Shown here: one piece after another, positions 24,701 to 32,254 of the stretch
Position numbering within the stretch: position 1 is the first letter of the stretch
Layout of the letters: each line of letters begins with the position of its first letter
Source: an uncultured Candidatus Saccharibacteria bacterium
Lineage (GTDB): Bacteria; Patescibacteriota; Saccharimonadia; Saccharimonadales; CAYVSP01
Assembly: GCA_964606965.1 (NCBI GenBank)
Contig: CAZSHK010000004.1
Coordinates: 4,170-36,423 of the forward strand
DNA length: 32,254 nt
Direction: 5' to 3'
Translations under genes and position numbers: made by a program
Notes under the pieces: model-generated
Database searches by the model: none
What the model saw: the letters and a program-made list of their open reading frames with translations, nothing else
Told to the model about the DNA's origin: nothing

Positions 24701-25939
24701 TTACGTTCTGATTAGAACGGCTAGTTCGCGCCCGACAATTTGATTTTCTCTGTGATAGATCAGGTCGTCGTTATTAGCGTGAACAAAACTTGCTCGAGTA
24801 TAGCCCAATTCAGCTAATTTATCAAGGGTAGGGAGGTGCTTAAAGCCATTTTCTGTCTTCCAAGCCGGTACCGCCAAACACATCCGAAAGCCAGGTTTTG
24901 TTTGGGTGGCCATATTTTGTAGAAATTTTTTATGAATTGTGTTGACGTCGCTAATAACCTGTTTAAGCGTTTGTTGATCGGGCAGTTTAGAAAACGCCCG
25001 TCCCAGATAGGTCTCGCAGGCCAGCGTGCGGCTATCACCTAGACTGGTCTCGGTCGCATCCGCAATATATATCTTCCAATCAAGGTTATTTAGCTGGAAT
25101 CTATCGGCTAACCAAACCAAATTATCTGTACTGTATTGGACCATGCGAGCGTCTTTATCACCACCCAGAACAGGGTAACCCATCAATAAGGCTTCCTGTA
25201 GGATAACACCGGTGCCACAGAACGGATCGAACACACGGAAGTCTTTGAAATGCATTTTTGGAATTGGCTGGTCAGGTGGAATTTCGCAAACCGATTGTTT
25301 GGCTTCATCTGGTAATGCGCCAACTGCTAAGTTTACGATTATTTGGGCTAATTTAGGCGGCAACATACCTACTTTAGTGTCGCGCTTAGGCCGCGCTTGG
25401 TCACGGGCGGCGTAGGCGTCTATATCCTGCACTTTAACTGTTTGGGCAATATATGTTTTGCCGCCTTCGCGTATAAGTATCAGTTCCCAGCCGGTCTGGC
25501 TGGTTAATTTATTGTGATATACCTGGGCGCTACTGAGCTCCAATTCATTATTAGGCACTACGTGAACTGAGCGACCGGTTTTACGAATAACTTTTTTAAG
25601 TGACAGGGCAGTAGCTTGTAGCTGCTGAATAGTAATGTCAAAACCAATAACGCTAAGTCCTAGGTGCATTTTGCCAGTTGGCATACGCTCAGAATGCCCA
25701 GGCGAAACTTCCACCAGAAATTTTTCAATATGTCGCCAATGGGTAGTTTCAAGAATGGTTAGCATCTTGCAGAACTTGATTGAACCACCTAAGCGGTCGA
25801 ACGCTAGCAAGCAAGGGTCTACATCTACTAATACAGCTTTTTCGCCCAACGGCGCTAGCTTGGCCGGACCATATAAACTTTCTAGCTCGGCCAAACCTAG
25901 GGCAGGCTGTCGCCCCACAACACACAAACTACGCATCAT
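24701..25939 (-). CDS. Class I SAM-dependent methyltransferase, UPF0020/Trm11-like (putative RNA m2G methylase)
   Basis: MLPPKLAQIIVNLA and motif I VFDPFCGTGVILQEA preceded by a ~180 aa N-terminal domain. The motif IV position reads ETYLG rather than the canonical (D/N)PPY, so the substrate is uncertain. Confidence 0.65.
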   Translation of the reverse strand: MMRSLCVVGRQPALGLAELESLYGPAKLAPLGEKAVLVDVDPCLLAFDRLGGSIKFCKMLTILETTHWRHIEKFLVEVSPGHSERMPTGKMHLGLSVIGFDITIQQLQATALSLKKVIRKTGRSVHVVPNNELELSSAQVYHNKLTSQTGWELILIREGGKTYIAQTVKVQDIDAYAARDQARPKRDTKVGMLPPKLAQIIVNLAVGALPDEAKQSVCEIPPDQPIPKMHFKDFRVFDPFCGTGVILQEALLMGYPVLGGDKDARMVQYSTDNLVWLADRFQLNNLDWKIYIADATETSLGDSRTLACETYLGRAFSKLPDQQTLKQVISDVNTIHKKFLQNMATQTKPGFRMCLAVPAWKTENGFKHLPTLDKLAELGYTRASFVHANNDDLIYHRENQIVGRELAVLIRT

Positions 25940-25983
25940 AAGAGTAAGTATAACGGCTTTTCGTATATAATGTTTCCTGAATC

Positions 25984-27075
25984 ATGGCCGAGAAAATGCA
26001 TGCCAATCGTTGGAAATTGATTCTGACATGGGTTACCGTTGTCGCTCTGGTAGCGCTTCTGTTTGCTTTACGGCGCCAAATAATAGATACCGGACAGAAA
26101 CTAAACGAAGTAAATATCTTTTTTGTCCTACTGATTGTGCCGCTGGAAATTATCAACCACTTTTCCGACGGAAAAATGTATCAGGCACTTTTTCGTATTT
26201 TAGGGGATCGGTTTCGTACCAAGTCGATGTTTCGACTTAGCCTGGAACTAAACTTTGTAAACACCGTCTTTCCAAGTGGGGGAGTTAGTGGCTTTTCTTA
26301 TATCGGGCTGCGAATGCGTGATGAACAAGTCTCGGGTGCCAAGGCAACGCTAGTACAAATGATGCGTTTTGTGCTGATTTTTATATCTTTCCAGTTTTTC
26401 TTGTTTCTTGGACTAATTATGTTGGCAATCGGTGGCAAGGCCAATGATGTCGTAATTCTGGTAGCCGGCTCACTTACGACATTACTTTTTGTTTCTACAC
26501 TAGCAGTTACTTATATCATTGGCAGCAAGCAGCGAATTAATAGCTTTTTTACTTTTATCACTAAACTTATTAACCGGCTGATTCATGTGTTTAGGCGCAG
26601 TAATCCGGAGACAATTAATATTGCCCGGGCCCAGGCGCTGTTTACCGAATTGCACGAACACTATATGCATATTCGGCGTAATCTTGATGTATTACGCCGG
26701 CCACTACTTTTTAGCATACTAGCTAACCTTACAGAAATGACTTGCATCTACGTGGTCTATCTAGCGTTTGGCCACTGGGTAAATCCGGGCGCTGTAATCC
26801 TGGCATATGCCATTGCCAATTTTGCCGGGCTAATATCGGTTTTACCTGGCGGTATTGGCATTTATGAAGCTTTAATGACTGCCGTGCTGGCAGCCGGGGG
26901 TGTACCGGCTAGCCTCAGTTTGCCGGTGACTATTATGTACCGTGTTGTCAATATGGCCATTCAATTGCCACCGGGGTGGTATTTGTACCACCGAGCGCTT
27001 AATGCCGAGCCCATCCAGCAGGATTTACCTGAACATATTGTTAACCCGCCTGACGATCTAGACGTTAAGCTCTAA
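25984..27075 (+). CDS. Polytopic membrane protein, UPF0104 / LPG-synthase-TM (flippase-like) family
   Basis: 363 aa with about 8 TM helices and family-like organisation, including a central cytoplasmic loop. Assigned by overall resemblance only. Confidence 0.55.
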   Translation: MAEKMHANRWKLILTWVTVVALVALLFALRRQIIDTGQKLNEVNIFFVLLIVPLEIINHFSDGKMYQALFRILGDRFRTKSMFRLSLELNFVNTVFPSGGVSGFSYIGLRMRDEQVSGAKATLVQMMRFVLIFISFQFFLFLGLIMLAIGGKANDVVILVAGSLTTLLFVSTLAVTYIIGSKQRINSFFTFITKLINRLIHVFRRSNPETINIARAQALFTELHEHYMHIRRNLDVLRRPLLFSILANLTEMTCIYVVYLAFGHWVNPGAVILAYAIANFAGLISVLPGGIGIYEALMTAVLAAGGVPASLSLPVTIMYRVVNMAIQLPPGWYLYHRALNAEPIQQDLPEHIVNPPDDLDVKL

Positions 27076-27093
27076 ACGCTATACGCTTGAATT

Positions 27094-28212
27094 ATGCTGG
27101 AGCAGGTGTGGTCGGTCTCAGACTTTGTAGCGGTTCTAAACCAAACGCTGGAGTTTGCCTATCCCAGCGTAATTATTACTGGTGAACTAGCCAACTTTAG
27201 AGTCAGTAAAAACCGCTGGGTTTATTTTGATCTGAAAGACGAGGCATCAAGCGTTAAATTTTTCGGTACGATTTACAATCTGCCTGGCCCACTTGACGAC
27301 GGTATGCTGCTGCAGGTCCGCGGTGCGCCCAGGCTACACTCTCTCTATGGATTTAGTGTTAATGTTCAGACAATTCAACCGGTGGGCGAGGGTAGCATTA
27401 AAAAAGCGTCCGAATTATTGCAGGCCAAGCTAGCTGCCGAGGGTCTCTTCGATGAATCACGTAAAAGACCTTTGCCATATCCGCCACGGCGAATCGGACT
27501 GGTAGCTTCGGCTGAATCCGCCGCCTACCGCGATTTCATGAAAATTATAAATGCACGGTGGGGCGGGGTAGAAATTGACCACATTGATGTACAGGTACAG
27601 GGCGAACTGGCACCGCCGCAGATTGTGGCAGCTTTGAGCTATTTCGAAACCAGTGAACTAGTTGACGTTATTATAGTGACACGTGGCGGTGGCAGTGCTG
27701 AGGATCTAGCCGCTTTTAGTACCGAACAAGTTACGCGCGCGGTGGCCGGCAGTAGAGTGCCGACGCTTGTGGCGATTGGTCATGAAGTAGATGTTAGTCT
27801 GGCTGAGCTTGCCGCTGACCAACGCGCCAGCACACCATCTAACGCTGCCGAACTTTTGGTACCAGATAAAAAAGATGTTCTAAAACAACTTCATTTAGCA
27901 AAAACACTACTATTTCAACGGGCTGAACACAGGCTGGTTGCAGCTGGGCAAGCGATCGCCGATTCAAAGACATCAGTTCAGGAATTATGGGATCGACTAT
28001 TTGCCAACCAGCAACAATCGCTTTCGCTCCGGCGACAATTAATTGAAGCATTTAGTCCGCAAACTGCGCTTAGGCGGGGTTACGCCATTGTGCGTAGTGG
28101 ACAAGGTCGCTTAGTAAGGTCTGGAAAAATGGTTAAACCAAATGATGTAGTGGTCTTACAGCTTTACGATGCTTTAGTTGATACCGTAATTAAGAAAATT
28201 AAACTAAAATAA
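27094..28212 (+). CDS. xseA: Exodeoxyribonuclease VII large subunit
   Basis: N-terminal OB fold (WSVSDFVAVLNQTLE ... ITGELANFRVSKNRWVYFDLKD), catalytic core (RGGGSAEDL, IGHEVD). Followed by xseB. Confidence 0.92.
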   Translation: MLEQVWSVSDFVAVLNQTLEFAYPSVIITGELANFRVSKNRWVYFDLKDEASSVKFFGTIYNLPGPLDDGMLLQVRGAPRLHSLYGFSVNVQTIQPVGEGSIKKASELLQAKLAAEGLFDESRKRPLPYPPRRIGLVASAESAAYRDFMKIINARWGGVEIDHIDVQVQGELAPPQIVAALSYFETSELVDVIIVTRGGGSAEDLAAFSTEQVTRAVAGSRVPTLVAIGHEVDVSLAELAADQRASTPSNAAELLVPDKKDVLKQLHLAKTLLFQRAEHRLVAAGQAIADSKTSVQELWDRLFANQQQSLSLRRQLIEAFSPQTALRRGYAIVRSGQGRLVRSGKMVKPNDVVVLQLYDALVDTVIKKIKLK

Positions 28213-28216
28213 GTAT

Positions 28217-28420
28217 ATGGCGAATAATAAAACGAAATCATATCAGCAACTAAGCACCGAGCTAGATGACATCATGGCGCAATTACAAACAGACGACGTT
28301 GATATTGAAGCGGCAGTCAAAGCCTATGAACAGGGTATGACCATCGTGACGGAACTTGAAAAACAACTCAAAACGGCCGAAAACAAAGTCAAGCGCATCA
28401 AACTGAAATTTGATGCCTAG
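28217..28420 (+). CDS. xseB: Exodeoxyribonuclease VII small subunit
   Basis: 67 aa helical protein (SYQQLSTELDDIMAQLQ...IEAAVKAYEQG) immediately after xseA. Confidence 0.88.
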   Translation: MANNKTKSYQQLSTELDDIMAQLQTDDVDIEAAVKAYEQGMTIVTELEKQLKTAENKVKRIKLKFDA

Positions 28421-28438
28421 TAATAAGCAAGTTCCAGA

Positions 28439-28924
28439 ATGGATATAGTACTAATTGTAATAACAATATTTGTATTGTTATTTGGTTTTGTATTGTTTTT
28501 TGGAGCTCCTTACTTGCCAACTTTAAAGAAACAGTCAGAAGAAGCCTTGGATTTATTAGATCTGAAAACATGCCAAACTTTATTAGAGCTTGGTTGTGGC
28601 GATGGCCGTGTGCTCAAGGCGGCCGCCAAACGTGGCCTGCAAGCTATCGGCTATGAGTTGAACCCTATATTAGTAATTATCGCTAAAATTTACACACTGC
28701 CGGAGCGTAAAAGCGTCAAAATTATCTGGGGTAATTATTGGTCTAAATCATGGCCAAAAACTGACGGCATATTCGTCTTTCTACTTAATAAATACATGGA
28801 AAAACTGGATTCAAAAATTATTCAAGAATGCGATAAGCCTATTAAATTAGTTAGCTTTGCATTCAAAGTTCCAAACAGAAAAATCCTTAAAGAAAAGGAT
28901 GCTCTTTATCTCTATAAGTACTGA
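28439..28924 (+). CDS. Small class I SAM-dependent methyltransferase with an N-terminal TM helix
   Basis: Motif I LLELGCGDGRVL preceded by a hydrophobic N-terminus; 161 aa. Confidence 0.7.
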   Translation: MDIVLIVITIFVLLFGFVLFFGAPYLPTLKKQSEEALDLLDLKTCQTLLELGCGDGRVLKAAAKRGLQAIGYELNPILVIIAKIYTLPERKSVKIIWGNYWSKSWPKTDGIFVFLLNKYMEKLDSKIIQECDKPIKLVSFAFKVPNRKILKEKDALYLYKY

Positions 28925-28961
28925 GTGCAGAGTAGAGCCTAAATATGTTACCATTAGCAAT

Positions 28962-29618
28962 ATGATTAATCGTGACGAACGTGGCTCGGTTGCTTTGTTT
29001 ATTGCCCTGGGAATTTCAATATTGTTAATTGTGATCATTGCTATTTTTGGCATTTGGGCCTTTAGCAGCCGACAGGATTACAAAGATAACTCTGACCAGA
29101 AGGCCGCCGCAGCCGTAGCTGCTGCCGTAAAGAAAGAAGATGCCAAGAAAGACGCTGATTTTGTCGAAAAAGAGAAGAATCCATTCAGAACTTATACTGG
29201 TCCCGAGCAGTATGGTAAAGTAACCATTCAATATCCTAAAACCTGGAGTGCTGCCATTAATGAAGGCACCAGTGGAACCGTTATTGACGGTTATCTACAC
29301 CCTAACTTCGTACCATCACTTCAGTCAGCTACAAACTTTGCACTACGGGTTCAAGTTGTTCAGAGCACATATGATGCGGTCTTAAAGGGGTTTGATTCAT
29401 CGGTAAAAACTGGACGGGTAAAGGTTACGCCTTATGTTGCGCCGAAGCAGTCTGGCGTTACCGGTGCGCGCCTGGACGGGCAGCTGACAACGCAAAAGAG
29501 CGGCACCATGGTTCTATTGCCGCTGCGCGATAAAACCATCAAGATCTGGACCGAATCAGATCAGTTCGTTGGTGATTTTAATAATATTATACTCGCCAAT
29601 CTAACATTCCAGCCTTAA
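28962..29618 (+). CDS. Membrane-anchored hypothetical protein with a TadE/TadG-like N-terminal segment
   Basis: N-terminus RDERGSVALFIALGISILLIVII resembles the Tad pilus-assembly N-terminal motif; the rest is unassigned. ATG 28962 is preferred because the longer ORF overlaps the methyltransferase. Confidence 0.55.
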   Translation: MINRDERGSVALFIALGISILLIVIIAIFGIWAFSSRQDYKDNSDQKAAAAVAAAVKKEDAKKDADFVEKEKNPFRTYTGPEQYGKVTIQYPKTWSAAINEGTSGTVIDGYLHPNFVPSLQSATNFALRVQVVQSTYDAVLKGFDSSVKTGRVKVTPYVAPKQSGVTGARLDGQLTTQKSGTMVLLPLRDKTIKIWTESDQFVGDFNNIILANLTFQP

Positions 29619-29785
29619 AGCTTGCACCGCGCCAGCCTGCCGTCTAGCGTAGCTGGCCGCACCGCTGGCGCTCTTGGTCCGCCTTAGGCGGATCAGCTGT
29701 CTCAGTCACTCACTCACCGTACCACTTGTACGACACGCTCGTTACTAGTTGCTTCCTTGTACTGCATCCAAGTGCAAGCGTTAAG
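29614..29785 (+). repeat. Copy 3 of the structured intergenic repeat (candidate ncRNA)
   Basis: Helices: P0 29614-29618/29781-29785, P1 29620-29627/29772-29779, P2 29629-29636/29664-29671, P2a 29639-29646/29650-29657, P3 29676-29683/29687-29694, P4 29718-29722/29728-29732, P5 base 29695-29697/29751-29753. Confidence 0.8.
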
Positions 29786-29853
29786 TAATTGTAAATTGAA
29801 CATTCAACAAGCTACTTTTGCGATGGTATACTGACCTTACTACTGGAGGGTAA

Positions 29854-30555
29854 ATGGCGCACAAGGCAACGGTGGATCAGCGTTTGCTTTTAGCACTAGC
29901 CGAGCAGCTCAAAGTGCCACTGCTTCAGATTGCCCGTCGCGCAGAATTATCACAAAACAGTCGTCGGCCAAAGCAGCAGCTGGAAGCCATTGAATTAACG
30001 GCCGATAATGCCCTTAGCCTGATTGATCATTACTTATTAAGTACCCGTTTGGCCATGGAAGGTGCTGTTTTAGAACCCGTATCAGTTGCTTCTGTATTGC
30101 ACGATACGGCACAATCTCTGAGTAAGTTGGCAAGCGACTATCACTGCAAGCTAGAACTACATTTGAGTGGCCGGTACGAGCCAGTCATGGCCCATCGAGA
30201 AGGCTTGGCGGCAGCCCTTTTAGATATTGGCCATGATATGATCGAGGCCGAAGTACAGCAAAGTAAAAAACCCGTCGTAACGCTAGCTGCTCACCGGGGC
30301 AAAAAGGGAATTGTGGCCGGGGTATTTGGTGATACTGAAGGTCTAACAGCTGACATGTTTCGCCGCTCGCGCAAGCTATACGGACAAGCTAAACAACCGC
30401 TTAACACTGTCTCGGCTCATCCGGTGGCGGGTATTTTTGTCGCTGATTCGCTTCTACATTCAATGGCCACACGCCTGCGTGTAGCTCACCACCACAAACT
30501 AAGTGGTCTAGCTGCAACCTTGCTCCCCAGTCAGCAACTAGCTTTACTGACATGA
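29854..30555 (+). CDS. Histidine-kinase-like protein (DHp plus CA-like fold) lacking the phospho-His and key ATP-binding residues (pseudokinase)
   Basis: LALAEQLKVPLLQI aligns to the H-box SHELRTPL with His replaced by Glu. The N-box position reads LLDIGHDMIEA (no Asn). G1-like FGDTEGL and G2-like PVAGIFVA are degenerate. No TM or sensor domain. Confidence 0.6.
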   Translation: MAHKATVDQRLLLALAEQLKVPLLQIARRAELSQNSRRPKQQLEAIELTADNALSLIDHYLLSTRLAMEGAVLEPVSVASVLHDTAQSLSKLASDYHCKLELHLSGRYEPVMAHREGLAAALLDIGHDMIEAEVQQSKKPVVTLAAHRGKKGIVAGVFGDTEGLTADMFRRSRKLYGQAKQPLNTVSAHPVAGIFVADSLLHSMATRLRVAHHHKLSGLAATLLPSQQLALLT

Positions 30556-30929
30556 AAATTATGCTCATTGAACCGGATATGCAATTGGGCCGAATCTATG
30601 CGAAGGCACTTCAGCGAGTGGGTCACCAAGTCCACTGGCAGCGTAATGCTCAAGAGTCTATTGATGTAGCCGATAAGGTTCATCCAGAGGCGGTAATTCT
30701 TGAAGTGCAGCTGGCGCGACACAATGGAATTGAATTCTTGTACGAGTTTCGTAGTTATCCCGACTGGCAACAGGTACCCGTCATACTCCACACCAATGCA
30801 ATTGAACTGCCAGCAGATGAGCGTTTGTTAGCTCGTCTGGGTGTGCAGGCAATTCTTTACAAGCCACAGACAACACTGGCTACTTTAATTGCCACTGTCG
30901 AGCGGTTGCGCGATACTGCCTTAGTATGA
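30552..30929 (+). CDS. Receiver-domain protein with Glu in place of the phospho-acceptor Asp (pseudo-receiver)
   Basis: PEAVILEVQLARHNG aligns to PDLVLLDxxMPxxDG, giving D to E. The conserved Thr (ILHTN) and Lys (LYKPQ) are retained. ATGA overlap with the upstream kinase-like gene. Confidence 0.7.
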   Translation: MKIMLIEPDMQLGRIYAKALQRVGHQVHWQRNAQESIDVADKVHPEAVILEVQLARHNGIEFLYEFRSYPDWQQVPVILHTNAIELPADERLLARLGVQAILYKPQTTLATLIATVERLRDTALV

Positions 30930-31621
30930 GCCAAGCAGTAAATACCGAAGCTATTGTCCTAACACGCACTAACTTTGGCGAGGCCGACCGTATACTTACG
31001 GTGCTAACACCTGACCATGGCAAACGTCGCCTAATGGCTAAGGGTGTCCGCAAACAGCAGTCTAAGCTGGCTGGGGGCATTGAACTTTTTAGTATCAGCC
31101 ACATATCTTATATTCCTGGCAAGAGCGAGATTGATACTCTTATTTCGACCCGCCTTAAAAAACACTATGGGCACATTGTTGAAGATGTCGAACGTACCAT
31201 GTTGGGTTATGAACTGCTCAAGAGACTGAACCGTGCCACAGAAGAAGCCACCGGTGAAGAATATTTCAACTTGCTCGACAATACTCTAGCGGCACTCGAT
31301 GATAGCGAAATTCCGAACGGGCTTGTAGAGTCTTGGTTTAACGCCCGTGTTCTTAAGCTGGGCGGGCACCAGCCGAACCTCAGGACTGATATTAATAATA
31401 AAAAACTGACCGCCGACCAACGTTATTTCTTTGATAATGAGGCCATGGCTTTCAGACAACATAATAACGGCACATACACGGCCAATCACATAAAATTAAT
31501 ACGATTACTGTTTGGGGCAGAGGACCCACTTTTATTCAAGCAACTCAAAGACGTATCTAAAACGTTGCCAATCTGCCACCAGTTTGTTTACAGTATCTTA
31601 GAAGAATATATACGGCTATAA
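30926..31621 (+). CDS. recO: DNA repair protein RecO
   Basis: N-terminal OB-fold pattern (EAIVLTRTNFGEADRILTVLTPDHGKRRLMAKGVRK), 231 aa. ATGA overlap with the upstream gene. Confidence 0.85.
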   Translation: MSQAVNTEAIVLTRTNFGEADRILTVLTPDHGKRRLMAKGVRKQQSKLAGGIELFSISHISYIPGKSEIDTLISTRLKKHYGHIVEDVERTMLGYELLKRLNRATEEATGEEYFNLLDNTLAALDDSEIPNGLVESWFNARVLKLGGHQPNLRTDINNKKLTADQRYFFDNEAMAFRQHNNGTYTANHIKLIRLLFGAEDPLLFKQLKDVSKTLPICHQFVYSILEEYIRL

Positions 31622-31650
31622 TTGACTATCTGACAATAATCTGCTATAAT
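31622..31650 (+). promoter_or_regulatory. Near-consensus promoter: TTGACT, 17 nt spacer, TATAAT
   Basis: -35 at 31622-31627, -10 at 31645-31650, 36 nt upstream of ATG 31687. Confidence 0.6.
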
Positions 31651-31686
31651 TCTAATAGTTATTTTAAAACTAAAAAGATAAATACT

Positions 31687-32070
31687 ATGTCAGAATTTGA
31701 TAAGCATGCATTCGGTAAAGGCGCAGAAGGCCTAAGTGACGAACAGAAAGTAACAATGGCTTCCAAGGCTGAAGCAGATACTGCCGCGGATTTGGCTGAA
31801 AGTGGTGGGGCATCATTAGAAGAGCATAGAAGTAAAGCAAAAGAAATCATAGGTCAAATAGCAATTGATGATGAAGTTGCCCAAGGGGTTGCTGAGCAAG
31901 TAGAAGTTAGACTTGGTCTGCCAGATTTCGAGAAAGACAACCGACCATTAGATGAATCTCCAAATGCTTCTCCGCATGACGTAGAAAAACTTAATTCAGC
32001 TTCTTTACGCGCGCTTGATAAAAAAATAGGCGACACAAAACCCGGTACTAGTAGCAGCTTAGTAGCTTAA
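31687..32070 (+). CDS. Hypothetical small acidic protein (127 aa)
   Basis: Clean ORF behind a near-consensus promoter. No recognised domain. Confidence 0.55.
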   Translation: MSEFDKHAFGKGAEGLSDEQKVTMASKAEADTAADLAESGGASLEEHRSKAKEIIGQIAIDDEVAQGVAEQVEVRLGLPDFEKDNRPLDESPNASPHDVEKLNSASLRALDKKIGDTKPGTSSSLVA

Positions 32071-32111
32071 TCTAGCCGTTCAGTCTGTATTCAGATATAA
32101 TCCATAAAGAT

Positions 32112-32254
32112 ATGGCAGATTTAGTTGTTGGTGGTAGCTCAGGGTTGGGGCTTGAATTAGCTCGGTCTTTACACGGGCAGGGTTCGGACGTAATTGTAAC
32201 TGGACGTACAGATCCAGAGATTGATTTTGCAACTTTTGAACATTTTGAACTAAC
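32112..32254 (+). CDS. Short-chain dehydrogenase/reductase (SDR), N-terminal fragment cut by the window end
   Basis: My own translation: MADLVVGGSSGLGLELARSLHGQGSDVIVTGRT. This is a Rossmann GGxxGxG motif followed by a beta-strand and basic residue. TATAAT at 32096-32101. Confidence 0.6.
   Translation, partial: MADLVVGGSSGLGLELARSLHGQGSDVIVTGRTDPEIDFATFEHFEL

Noticed and set aside
1-32254. Possibility of an alternative genetic code (UGA reassigned, as in some CPR lineages).
   Set aside because: All recognisable genes are full length under the standard code. TGA is used as a terminator (for example in the ATGA overlaps serS/hpf and ftsE/ftsX), and an intact RF2 gene is present.

Overview
Gene-dense window (about 90% coding), mostly on the + strand. 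It reads like the core chromosome of a small-genome monoderm bacterium. I infer a CPR/Patescibacteria (Saccharibacteria-like) organism from the class I LysRS, a ProRS without the INS editing domain, compact housekeeping proteins, and intact ORFs under the standard code with RF2 present. Recognisable genes: proS, greA, lysK, DUF427, mpg, msrA, serS, hpf, secA, an M16 peptidase, prfB, ftsE-ftsX followed by a PcsB-like coiled-coil CHAP hydrolase and ctpA, pyrG, rpmA, xseA-xseB and recO. No rRNA, tRNA, CRISPR array or transposase was seen. Features that ordinary annotation does not explain: (1) Three same-orientation copies of a ~170 nt intergenic element (18278-18447, 24511-24679, 29614-29785). 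Every predicted helix is kept through fully compensatory sequence changes, so this is a candidate multi-copy structured RNA that I cannot assign to a known family. (2) A 7-TM heliorhodopsin-like gene (5757-6548) with the TM7 Schiff-base lysine, but apparently Ser where the TM3 counterion Glu is expected. It sits among damage-repair genes. (3) A translationally coupled degenerate two-component pair (29854-30929) in which both the kinase His and the receiver Asp are replaced by Glu. (4) Three orphan genes (21973-24233), each behind its own copy of a duplicated near-consensus promoter; two of the three appear leaderless. (5) Many -10 boxes lie 6-9 nt upstream of start codons, which suggests frequent leaderless mRNAs.
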